Shown here: piece by piece, positions 31,592 through 44,800 of the stretch
How the letters are laid out: every line of letters begins with the position of its first letter
Position numbering within the stretch: position 1 is the first letter of the stretch
DNA from: Macrostomum lignano
Lineage: Eukaryota
Reading direction: 5' to 3'
Assembly: GCA_002269645.1 (NCBI GenBank)
Contig: NIVC01000175.1
Span: 124,001 to 188,000 of the forward strand
DNA length: 64,000 nt
Notes under the pieces: generated by a model
What the model was told of the DNA's origin: nothing
The model's database searches: none
Seen by the model: only the letters and a program-made list of their open reading frames with translations
Program-made: the position numbers and the translations under genes

Positions 31592-34500
31592 TTAGTAGCA
31601 GTAGTAGTAGTGGTAGTAGTTGCAGTAGTAGTAGCAGTAGTAGTAGTGGTAGTAGTTGCAGTAGTAGTAGCAGTAGTAGTAGTGGTAGTAGTAGCAGTAG
31701 TAGTAGTAGCAGTAGTAGTAGCAGTAGTAGTAGCAGTAGTAGTAGTAGTTTTTGTTGTAGTCGTATGTTGTACGTTAGTTTTTACTATAGTACTAGCGGT
31801 AGTGGCTTTTATATATTTATTACAATACTTACTAATTTTAAGTACATTGTTCTATTCTCAAACTCTAATTACTAACATAGATCACTCTTTATCCTCCCGC
31901 AACAGAACTGGGAGCTGCTGGGCTGGCTACTCCTGCTAGTGAGCCGCGCTCTCGATCACGTGACCCCGCCCAGCCAGCGCTGGGACTTCCTAGCCTGGCA
32001 CCACCTGTTCGCCAGCGAAAGCTCTGGAAAGACAAATCGCCGAGAGTTCCGTTTCAACAAGCGCAAACTGCAGAAACGCCTGATGCATCACAAGCAGATG
32101 CTGATGGAGCTCAGCAAGCTCAAAGAAGAGTTCCTCAGTAGCAAGACCAAACTCGAACAGCAAGCCGAGCCGGCTGATCACGCCAAAAAGTGGATGATGA
32201 AGAAGAAAGAAGAAGTATTTAATAAGCAGTTTCATCAGCTGACGCAGAAGCACGTTAAAGATATTCTGCAGTTGAGAAAGACCGACGTTGAATGGTGCCG
32301 CCGATATGAGCGTTATAAAGGCGCCGGCGGCTCCAGGTTTGCCGACGATGTCGGAGTCGGCGGCACAAGCGGCGGTGCCGGAAGTGGCGGAGGTGGCGGA
32401 GACGGAAGCCGAGCTTCGAATCTGGGTCCTGGAGCTGCCGCGGCCGCCGCAGCCGCCGCCGCAGCCGCAGCTGCCGCGGCAAACGCTTCAGGTACAACAT
32501 CGGGCGCCTCGGCATCCGTCGCCAACGAATCAGTCGAGATGCGTCGCAGACGGCGTCAGACTGTGCCAATACTGCGCGGCCTGATCAATCAGTTATTGGC
32601 GGCTGATGCGTCTGGAGCAGCTGTTGATCTGCTATTGTTGCTATGCAAAGTGTGCAGTCAGCTGGTTTGTTTAGCTAAGCCTCGACTGTCCGAGGTGCTG
32701 ACTCCCGGACAGGTTGGCGAGCTGATCCAGCTGGCCTGTCAGTCTCAGCAAGCCTGGGCCGGACCGTACGGTTTTCACGCTGTCAACTGTCTTCTAGCCG
32801 ACTGGCTAGCCGCTGAGAATGCTCTGCCAAGGCCTTCGCAAGTTGCGCCATCTGCTCAGGAGGAACAGCAGAAACAGAAGAAGAAAAAGACAACTTCAAA
32901 GCCCGCTGCCGCTGCGGCGGTCAGCTCGGATTCTGACCAAGACCAGCAATTGGAAGCTTCTAACCAAACTCAACAGCAGCAATCTGTGTTTCATCGTCTG
33001 CTACAAGCTGAACAGCAGGAGCAGCAATCGATGTCGGCGATGGACGATTGGCCAACATTGAACAGTTTCAAGATGCCATGCCCAACTGGTGAACCGTCTG
33101 CTAGCTATGCGAAATGGCGCTCCCAGATTGAACAGCAACTATTGGAGGAAGCCAGCCCGGATATGTGGAATTTCCAGAGCTCAAGCCAACAACAACAGCA
33201 GCAACAGCAACAGCAACAGCAAAAGCAACAACCAGCCTTTCCTAGTTGGTCACCTTTCTCCGCTTACGATCTGCGACTAGAAGCCGGAGTTGAACTGCAA
33301 GTTCATCGGTACACCCGACTGGTGCAAGCTTTGCCAACGTTGGAGAGCGACGTGCTTATCGCTGAACCCGCTGCCATATCGTCCAGTTCCCGTCAGCAGC
33401 AGCAACAGGACGATAACGAGCCAACAACAGCTACTGACGAAGACAATCGAGGACCTGAAGCTATCCGTGTTCTCAGTGACTGTTTTAATCAAGCTATGCT
33501 GGAGCTGAGGTCGCAGCAGCAGCGTACCAGCGCCACTAGCACAGATTGGCCATTGGCTCCCATGCTGCAGCTGTGGCTTGGCGCTCAGGGCGGCTGGTGT
33601 ATTAATAAATGTGCATCGTTTCAGCTCACCGCTGACAGTGCCGCCAGACTGATGGAGTGCTTGCTGACTGGTGCGTCTGGGCTGCTGGGGATGTGAGAAT
33701 CAGGAGGGTGTGGATATGAGAATTTCTGTGGGATATGGGGATTTCTGTGAGATATAGGGATTTATTTGGGATATGAGGATTTCTGTGGGATATAGGGATT
33801 TCTTTGGGATATGGGGATTTTTGTGGCCCTGTGGGATATGGGGATTTCTGTGGGATATAGGGATTTCTTTGGGATATGGGGATTTCTGTGGGATATAGGG
33901 ATTTCTTTGGGATATGGGGATTTTTGTGGCCCTGTGGGATATGGGGATTTCTGTGGCCCTGTGGGATATGGGGATTTCTGTGGGATATAGGGATTTCTGT
34001 GGATATGGGGATTTCTGTGGGATATGGGGATTTCTGTGGGATATGGGGATTTCTGTGGGATATGGGGATTTCTGTGGGATATGGGGATTTCTGTGAGATA
34101 TAGGAATTTCTTTGGGATATGAGGATTTCTGTGGGATAGGGATTTTTTGGGATATGGGGATTTCTGTGGGAATCGGAAGGGTGTGGTGCCGGTATATGAG
34201 GATTTCTGTGGGAATAAGGAGGGTGTGGGATATGAGGATTTCTGAGGGAATAGGGAGGGTGTGGGATATGGGGATTTCTGAGGAAATCAGGAGGGTGTGT
34301 GGGATACGGGGATTTATGTGCGAATAGGGAGGGTGTGGGATATGGGGATTTCTGAGGAAATCAGGAGAGTGTGTGGGATACGGGGATTTCTGTGCGAATA
34401 GGGAGGGTGTGGGATATGGGGATTTCTGAGGAAATCAGGAGAGTGTGTGGGATACGGGGATTTCTGTGCGAATAGGGAGGGTGTGGGATATGGGGATTTA

Positions 34501-35111
34501 AATGAGTATTAGGAGAATATGGTATATGTGCCCCAATGACCCATCAGCTACGAACCATCCCCCAATTAAACCCGCCAGGCTCTCCTCAACTAACCGAATG
34601 GCAATTGGCTCTGCAAGTCCTAGCCATGGCCTGCGGCAGTCAGCCCGCCCTAGCAACTCACCTGCTAGTTTCGTCTAGCGAGACTCGTCTGTTGCACAAA
34701 TTCCTCTGCCGTTTGATGAGCGACGCCGCTGCGCAGCAGAATCGCTCGGCTGGTCCCGCTGTTGTAGCCGCATTCGAGGATCTGCTGGCTCGGTTGCATC
34801 AGGCCAGTTCACAGCACTACTTGGCTTGCCTTGTTGACTTGTTGTCCTCTCTTGTTGAACCCGACGGGGCTCTGGTTAGAGGCTACGGCGCTCTGGACTT
34901 GCAAGCCTGCTTAGTTCACGACGCTCGGGATCGCAAGTTTTATAGCCTAGTAGGGGATGATCAGCTGGCTAAACAGCTGCTGCGATTGGCCAGCCTCATT
35001 GCTGATGCCTGCTTAGGCTTTGTGAGGTCTGCCAGTCCCGTCAGGTGCGAGTCTGCCCAGCACAGGCCTGAGGTTACCGCCTGCTTCACCTCGGTGAGAG
35101 CTCTGTTCATA

Positions 35112-35203
<92 letters not shown>

Positions 35204-35233
35204 AATGTCTGTCTGTCTGTCTGTCTGCCTGCC

Positions 35234-35267
<34 letters not shown>

Positions 35268-35406
35268 AATTTCTATCTGTCTGTCTGTCTGTCTAAATGT
35301 CTGTCTGTCTGCCTGTCTGTCTGTCTGTCTCTCTGTCTGTCTGTCTGTCTGTCTCTCTGTCTGTCTGTCTGTCTCTCTGTCTGTCTGTCTGCCTGTCTGT
35401 CTGTCC

Positions 35407-35438
<32 letters not shown>

Positions 35439-35491
35439 GCCTGCCTGTCTGTCTGTCTGTCTGTCTGTCTTAGTGTCTGTCTGTCTGTCTC

Positions 35492-35524
<33 letters not shown>

Positions 35525-35643
35525 GTCTGTCTGTCTGTCTGTCTGTCTGCCTGTCTGTCTGTCTGTCTGTCTGTCTGTCTGCCTGTCTGTCTGTCTCTCT
35601 GTCTCTCTGTCTGTCTCTCTCTCTCTCTCTCTCTGTCTGTCTC

Positions 35644-35710
<67 letters not shown>

Positions 35711-35737
35711 GTCTGTCTGTCTGTCTGTCTGTCTGCC

Positions 35738-35802
<65 letters not shown>

Positions 35803-35825
35803 GTCTGTCTGTCTGTCTGTCTGCC

Positions 35826-35885
<60 letters not shown>

Positions 35886-38800
35886 CGTCTATTTGTACCC
35901 ATGGCCCACCCCTATAACCTCCCTAATCCAGGTATTCGTAGACATAGCGGTAGTGTGCCAGAAGGTGGCCGACCGTGCCTACGGTCAATTGGCCAATCGC
36001 GAGCGCGCCATGTCAGCCCTGATGGCCCTCCTACCCAGTCTGTTGACTGCTGAATCATCCAAATCGTCTGATAATGCCGCAGACGGAGTTGTTGACCGCC
36101 TAGTGACCGATGGACCGTTGGACCGACTGCTAGCCTGTCTGTCTGTCTGCGACAGTGCCCTGCTGCAGGGCAACGCCTGGTCCGATCGGGTCCAATTGTC
36201 TGATTTGGCTAGAGAAGCTGTGGCTTCTATGGTGCCTAGGACCATTGGCGACTGGGCGCTGGTGTCGCTTAAACAGGTATGTTGGTTGGTGTTCGTGCTG
36301 ATGTGCTGCAGAAAGTGCGGTTGATATCAGGTTTCGATATATTAACATTGATAGGATGTGAGACTGATAAATGAGATTTTATTTTTTTATTAGAGGCAGG
36401 GGGGTTGTGTGCACCCTGGCGCACTTTAAGCGACATGGGCACACAACCGGCGAGAGGCATTACTGCCCATTCCGCCGACTCCCCTGAGCAGGCACACAAG
36501 CGCGCGGATACGTACGCAGGCACACACTCACACAGGAGTGTACAGCGGCCCTAACTTTATATTATCGTTAGGCATGTACACTTCACTGCGCCTTGGGGGG
36601 TTGGCTCTCAAGGCCGTTAATTGCACAAGCGAGCCAAGCCGAGATTCCAATTCAGCCCCAAATTAATGTGACTGCACTTGGAATCGAGCCTGGGTCGCTG
36701 GCACACCAGAGCAGCTGCGCTACCGCTGGGCTACGGCCCCCCTGATAAATGAGATTATTAAATGTGAGACTAAGATTGATATGCTATGAGACTGAGATTG
36801 ATAGGATATGACACTGAGATTGATAGGATATGAGACTGAGATTGATAAGATGTGAGACTGAGATTGATAGGATGTGAGACTGAGATTGAAAGGATATGAG
36901 ACTGAGATTGATATGATGTGAGACTGAGATTGATAGGATGTGAGAGTGAGACTAAGATTGATGATGTGTGAGACTGAGACTGCTATGATATAAGACTCAG
37001 TTTGATAGGATATGAGATTGATAGTATGTGAGATTGATAGGATATGAGACTGAGATTTATAAAATGTGAGATTGAGATCGGATGTGAGATTGATAGGATA
37101 TGAGACTGAGATTTGTAGAATGTGAGGCTAAGATTGATAAGATGTGAGACTGAGATTGATAGGATGTGAGACTGAGATTGATGGATGTGAAAGTTAGACT
37201 GAGATTGATGGGATGTGAGACTGAGACTGCTATGATATCAGACTGAGATTGATATGATGTGAGACTGAGATCGATAGGATGTGAGAGTGAGACTGAGATT
37301 GATGGGATGTGAGACTGAGATTGATAGGGTTGGAGACAGACTGATATTATATTAGGCTCAGATTTTTAGTATATGGATTGATAGGATGTGAGACTGAGAT
37401 TGATAGGATATTAGACTGAGAATGATGGGATGTGAGATTGCGATTAATAGAATATGAGACTGAGATTGAGACGATATGAAATTGCGATTGATAAAGCTTT
37501 AATTTAATTAGCCTCTACATTCTTATTTGCATGATCAGTTCAATCTACATCCTTCCTTCCCCTCAGGCATTCGTAGACACTCGTTATAAATCTGTTTACC
37601 TGGAGCGAGTCACCAAATTTCTAGCCCGTCCGGACACCGAACTACGCGAGCCTCTGCTCATACTACTAGCCTGGCTACTTACTAGTAGTAACAGTAGTAG
37701 CAGTCAACAGCAAAAACAGTCATCAGAAGCAGACGATAGTTATCTGACATTGTTTGCTAACCAGGCCGGCATGCATATTATCTGTCAACGCCTGGCTCAG
37801 AAATGCAGTCTAACAGTTGGCCACGGCCGGACTCAAGTCAGCGATATGATGCTCAGCTTGGCCGCTTTGCACTCTCGACGCGACGCCGTTGCTAGCGCCG
37901 TTGCGGCCGCTTTTCAAGCCGCTGTTGCTAACGCGTCTCTTCAGCAGCAGCAGCAGCAACAGCAACAGCAACAACAGCAACAACAGCAGCAGCAGCAGCA
38001 GCAAGTGGGCTGGCCGCTTGTTAACTTAGCTACATCTAATGCGACTGTTGCTAACGCTGTAGCCGCCGCAGCAGCTGCCGCCGCCGCCGCTGCAGCCGCC
38101 TCCGCCGCGCCGGCAGGAGCCAATGCTCCGCAATTGTCCAATTCGTCTGTTGCTACTGGCGGTTCCGGCGCTTCGGCTGTGGCTGCGGCCACGGCTGCGG
38201 CGGCCGCAATGGAGACGGCTCATCCGCTATGGTATCAGTTCCAGCATCCGTTGTCTCAGCAGCAGCAGCAGCAGTCTCAACAGCAATACCAGCAGCCGCT
38301 GCCTCATCAGCACTATGTTTATCATCAGCAGCAGCAGCAGCAGCAGCATCGAGCAGCCGCTTGGCCAGCTGATCCATTCGCCGATCCGTGCACACCTGGC
38401 GAGTTGCAGTGCGTCAATCTGGCTCCTTATGCTACAATCTCTTGCTCAGGCACCGCAGGTAGCTCCGATTGCGAAGCCCTCATTCAAGCCACCGCGCCTC
38501 AGCGTCGTTCGAAATCGCCAGCCTGGAGCTATAATTTCTTTCCCGAAGAGGCCTACGTGGAGTTGTCAATCCGGCTGCCAACTGTGGCGTTGATTAAACG
38601 CGTGGATATAGTGCCATACCCGTGTCATCTGGCCTGCGCACCGTCTGCCGTGTCCTTCGAGTTCTATCGCGACGGCCTGCTCTCGTCTGTACCTCTGGCC
38701 GGGCCAATGAGTACAGCTGGTCTGGAAAATATTCGATTAAGATTTCCGCCAACTCTGGCTAGCGAACTCGTGCTCAGAATGCACCGGCCATTGAATGGCG

Positions 38801-41800
38801 AGACTCTGGGCCTCGGTCGGATCACCATATTGGGCTACACTATGCACTGCGGTGGCACGCTAGAACTGCAGCCAGCTCTGCAGTATGGTCCTTGGCTGCG
38901 ATTGTTGCACCTGTGCGTTACCCGTTGGCGTAGTTGTACAGGCGACTGGTTGGACCGGGTGCTGACCTCTACACCCCAACTGGTGCCCTACCTGTGCTCC
39001 CTGTTGCGAGCCTGTTCACCAGCCACTCTGGTTGAGCAGATCCTATTAAGGCTGGGCGGTCAGTCTGCAGCTGCCGGACTGAAAATCCTCAAATCTCTGC
39101 TTGATGATCCGGGCAGTTTGGTGAGCCGAATTTTTTATTGATTTGTTGGTTGATTGATTGATTGATACTGCATTGATTAGTTGATTGCGCCCGCGTCCTA
39201 AATACTATCCTAAAGACCTCCCAAGACACCCCCATCCTACAGACACCCCTATCCTAAAGACACCCCATCCTAAAGACGCCCCTATCCTAAAGACACCCCC
39301 TATCCCACAGACACTCCCTATCCTAAAGACACCCCCATCCTACAGACACCCCTATCCTAGACACCCTACCCTAATAACGCCCCTATCCTAAAGACACCCC
39401 CTATCCCACAGACACCCCCTATCCCACAGATACCCCCTATCCACAGACACCCCCTATCCTAAAGACACCCCCTATCCCACAGACACCCCCTATCCTAAAG
39501 ACACCCCCTATCCCACAGACACTCCCTATCCCACAGACACCCCCTATCCAACAGACACCCCCTATCCCACAGACACTCCCTATCCTAAAGACACCCCCTA
39601 TCCCACAGACACCCCCTATCCTAAAGACACCCCTATCCCACAGACACCCCCTATCCTAGACACCCCCTATCCCACAGACACTCCCTATCCCACAGACACC
39701 CCTATCCCACAGACACCCCCTATCCAACAGACACCCCCTATCCCACAGACACCCCCTATCCTAAAGACACCCCCTATCCCACAGACACCCCCTATCCTAA
39801 AGACACCCCCTATCCCACAGACACTCCCTATCCCACAGACACCCCCTATCCCACAGACACCCCCTATCCCACAGACACTCCCTATCCCACAGACACCCCC
39901 TATCCCACAGACACCCCCTATCCCACAGACACTCCCTATCCCACAGACACCCCCTATCCCACAGACACCCCCTATCCCACAGACACCCCCTATCCTAAAG
40001 ACACCCCCTATCCCACAGACACCCCCTATCCCACAGACACTCCCTATCCCACAGACACCCCCTATCCCACAGACACCCCCTATCCCACAGACACTCCCTA
40101 TCCCACAGACACCCCCTATCCCACAGACACCCCTATCCCACAGACACCCCCTATCCCACAGACACCCCCTATCCTAAAGACACTCCCTATCCCACAGACA
40201 CCCCCTATCCTAAAGACACCCCCTATCCCACAGACACCCCCTATCCCACAGACACCCCATCATAAAGACACCCTATCTTTACCACTCTCTCTCCCTCAAA
40301 CCAGGTAACGGAGAACCTAATCTACGAATTATGCGTTGGCACCGAGCCAAATCCCGGCGAACGGCTTCGTTTCCTACTCGACTGGCTTCTTTGCCCGTCG
40401 ACAGTCAGCGTAGCGGCGGCGCCGGTACCGCGGCTTCGCTGTCGGGCCTGCACGTCTACTGCGTCGCAGCTGTACTATGGCGCTGGCTGGGCTCTGGACC
40501 TCTGCAAATTCTCTGCCAAGATGCGCTATCCGAACCTTTAACTAAATCCTTGTACCTCAGAGGCATCAGTGTGAACTCTCAATTGCCAGATCTGCAACAA
40601 GCAATTGGCTGTGCATTGTGCTCACTGTGCGCCGCTAATCCTGAGCTGTACACCTGCCTACTAGATTGGATTCAAACTACTGATAGTAGCATTAGTGCCG
40701 AACAGTTGAGCTTGCTAGCAACTGCCAGCCAATCAGACTGCTGCATTGAACAGCTGATGCAGTCCGGCTTTCTAGATCGTCTGGTTGGTCAAGTTGATCA
40801 ATTCTCCATTGGCAGCGAGACAGTAGTCAGTGCCGATACTGTTGCTAGCGTGTTAAACTTCTTATCTAATCTATCCTCGGAGCCGCGAGTTCGAGTCTGG
40901 CTCGAGTCTACTCAATTTCTACAGCCGCTAGTTTCTATGCTGTTGAGTCAGCCGGAGAGGCTGAGTATTCTGCATCGATCTAAACTAGAATCCGCGGTTG
41001 TGGCTTTCTACACAGCCGCTTGTCGATTGGAGCCAAGGAATCAGAGGAAACTGGCCAGCTTGATTTATAGCGCTCTCTTGGCCATTTCCGAACAAGAGGC
41101 GCCTGTGTTTTTGCCCAATTTCTTGCGCCGGCTCATTCTGCAGGTAGGCGGTGGGATCTGACACTTTTGGGATGGGGATTTGTAGGGTCTGACACTTTTG
41201 GGATGGGGATTTGTAGGGTCTGACACTTTTGGGATGGGGATTTGTAGGGTCTGAAACTTTGGGATTGAAACTTGTAGGGTGACACTTTTTGGGATGGGGA
41301 TTTGTAGGGTCTGACACTTTTGGGATGGGGATTTGTAGGGTCTGACACTTTGAGATGGGAACTTGTAGGGTGACACTTTTTGGGATGGGGATTTGTAGGG
41401 TCTGACACTTTTGGGATGGGGATTTGTAGGGTCTGACACTTTGAGATGGGAACTTGTAGGGTGACACTTTTTGGGATGGGGATTTGTAGGGTCTGACACC
41501 GGGGATAATGATTTGTAGGATGATCTCCATAAATTACAAATTTTTTAAATGTTCAATAAATATCATATCTCACTCCGTCGCCCAACTGCCGACTCGAAGG
41601 TCCTACTCGAAGACGAACGAGTCTACGTAGCTGTCGAATGCGATCCAGCCTGCGAGCTGCCACCAGCTCATCAGCATCAGCTCGCTAGTCAGCTGTTCGT
41701 ACATCCCAAGCTCGGGGCCGGCTCTAATCATCGATTGTTGCAGGTTAGCGTCAACACCACGGTTGTACAGCTGCTAACTAGACTGACTACTACTAGCGAT

Positions 41801-44800
41801 TTGGCTACTAACAGTAGTCATCGACGTTTGAGTAGCGTAACTAGCGACAAAGACTACTATGGAGTCGGCGGTAGTAGTAGTAGTAAGTACGGCAAGTACT
41901 CTGCCGGCGCCGGCAAGTCTTCTTCAGCTGGCGGCGGCTACGCCTACGAGAGTACAAAATTCGGTTTGCAATTAATCGAACAGATTAGCAGCGTTGCCGG
42001 TCTATTGCCGAAATCTTCAAGCGAAAGCAAGTCGAAGAAAACTGTTGAACAGAAAATATCTTCGGCTGTGCAGCATCATCATCAGCAGAAGCAGAAACAG
42101 AAGCAGCAGCGGCAGCAACAGCAGAAGCAGAAACAACCGGCAACTTGTCCGCGTCTATGGAGCGTTGATTCACCCGAATTGGGTCCTCTGGTCGGGGATT
42201 TAACTTTGGCTCAGCTGATGGAACGATTATTAGCTATTGAGGACCACTCTTTGCGACCGTATCTACGATTGAGGCTGGCTACTGGGCCTGCTGGTTAGTG
42301 AATGTTTATAATGTATAGCCTTGCATTATTATTGTTCTAAGACGAAATCTCTGGTAGAGTATCTCTAGAGATACGTTGATTCAAGAGTCGTTGGAATCGA
42401 GATCTAAAGCATATCTAGAGGTGAGATATAATATAAAAGCATCTCTAGTTATAGGTGAGGTATAAAGATCTTTAGAGGTAAGATCTAAAGCATATCTAAA
42501 GTCAAAATCTAAATCATATCTAGAGGTAAAATCTATAGCATCTCTAGAGGTGAGTGAGATATAAAGAATCTCTAGTTATAGGTGAGATCTAAAGCATCTA
42601 TAGTGGTGAGATCTCAAGCATATCTATTGGTGAGATCTAAAGCATCTATAGTGCTGAGATCTCAAGCATATCTATTGGTGAGATCTCAAGCATATCTATT
42701 GATGAGATCTAAAGCATATCTATTGGTGATATCTCAAGCATATCTAGAGGTGAGACTGGAGTATTCAAGATGCTCCCCCCTCCCTATTATATTCAGCTTC
42801 AGCGGACGCCGAAGATCTGTTGGCCACACGGCCGGTCGCCTCGCCCTTGGACACTTTCGCTTCAGTTGGCGGCTTAAGCCTTCTAGCCCAGCTCCTGCCA
42901 GCTCTGTATCCGGGTCTGTCCCGGCTGTCTGCTCCCTGCAGTGACCCGGCCGTCGCTGCTTCAACTGCGGTTGCTGGCGGAGCAAAACTACTAGCAACTG
43001 GCGGTCCAAGCGCCGGCAGTGCCAACGCCTACAGCTACGCGTTCGCCGACGAAGGCTCGGAATCCTACAGCACCTCCGGAGACGATATGGAAATGTACGA
43101 GAGCAATTCTGCCGCCGCCGCCGCTGCTGCCGCCGCCGCTACCGCCGCGTTTGCCGTGTCGGATTTCGACGTGCCGCCGTCTGTCGGTGGCGGAGCCGGC
43201 GTCGTTGGCAGCGCCGGTGGGGGTGTCGGCCCTGGAGGCGCCGACAGCTACTGGATGTCCTACGGTCCCGGCGGAGGCGGCGGTGTGAAAAAATCCTCAT
43301 CAGGTGGCGGGCTAGGTGGTCATCATTCAGCTGGAGGTCGCGGTGGACTAGCCGCAGGCTCCAGTAGTCACGTTCTGCCAACCTACTCGCTGATAGCATT
43401 TGGACTGTTCCTGCGTCTGCCCGGCTACGATGCTATTCTATTGGCTAGGCGTCGGGAAGCTCAGTGCCTGCTCCGGCTGGCTCTGGGAGTTAGCGACGAT
43501 CCTGACGGTGTCAGCCTGCTAGCTGGTCGGTATTCAACTCCGCTGCCCATTCTGCCATTCCGAGTGTTGCAACGACTCTATCAGCAGCAGCAGACTTCTA
43601 GCGACGATGAATTACGGCTTCGACAAGAGTCTGTCAAACTGGGCATCCTGGATCTCTGCCTGTCCTGTCTGTCAGTGCTGAGTCACCATCCGCCTCAGGC
43701 TCCACAACAGCAGCAGCGTTCTAATCACCCGGACATTGTCCAGGCAGCTGTGGAGACGCTACAGTTTCAATTAAATGCTCAGCCCAATAGTCACCATCCG
43801 CAGCAGCAGCAGCAAGGTGCTGGCGGTTCTGTCGGCATACCCCATCAACTGGTCACACCGTCGGGTTTGTCGGCAACCGCTTCTGTTGGTGGTGGTGCAA
43901 GCTACGAAGAGAAAAAGCACTACTGGGCCAAGGGTACCGGCTTTGGCACGGGTAGCACCACGAGTTCGTGGGACGCCGAGCAGGCTTTAAATCGGCAACG
44001 AACTGAAGAGGAACTGACGGAGGCTAATTTGCAGGTGAGCGATTCTATTTGTTAAAGATTTGAGTTCTGAGAAATTATTAGGTTGAGTTGGGATCATTTA
44101 AGGTAGTTTGAAGACACGTAATCCTAATTGTAGAGCTCAAATTAAATACTTGCTTAAATTTAAATGAAGACACTGGTTTATTGGTCGTTAGAGTTCAGAT
44201 GAGGACACGGGATTATAGGTCATCAGAGTTCAGATGAGGACACAGAATTATAGGTCATCAGAGTTCAGATGAGGACACGGGATTGGAGGTCATCAGAGTT
44301 CAGATGAAGACACGGGATTGGAGGTCATCAGAGTTCAGATGAGGACACGGAATTATAGGTCATCAGAGTTCAGATGAGGACACGGGAGTGGAGGTCATCA
44401 GAGTTCAGATGAGGACACGGGATTGGAGGTCATCAGAGTTCAGATGAGGACACGGAATTATAGGTCATCAGAGTTCAGATGAGGACACGGAATTATAGGT
44501 CATCAGAGTTCAGATGAGGACACGGGATTGGAGGTCATCAGAGTTCAGATGAGGACACGGGATTGGAGGTCATCAGAGTTCAGATGAGGACACGGAATTA
44601 TAGGTCATCAGAGTTCAGATGAGGACACGGGATTATAGGTCATCAGAGTTCAGATGAGGACACGGGATTATAGGTCATCAGAGTTCAAATGAGGACGCGG
44701 AATAATACTGTAGGTCATAAAAGTTCAGAAGAGTACACGGAATTATAGGTCATAAAAGATCAAATGATGACACGGGATTATAGGTCATGAGTTTGTAAAA

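Noticed and set aside
31295-31939. Poly-Val 214-aa ORF
   Set aside because: Translation of the intronic (GTA)n array.
35205-36053. SVCL-repeat ORFs
   Set aside because: Translation of (TCTG)n in intron 8.
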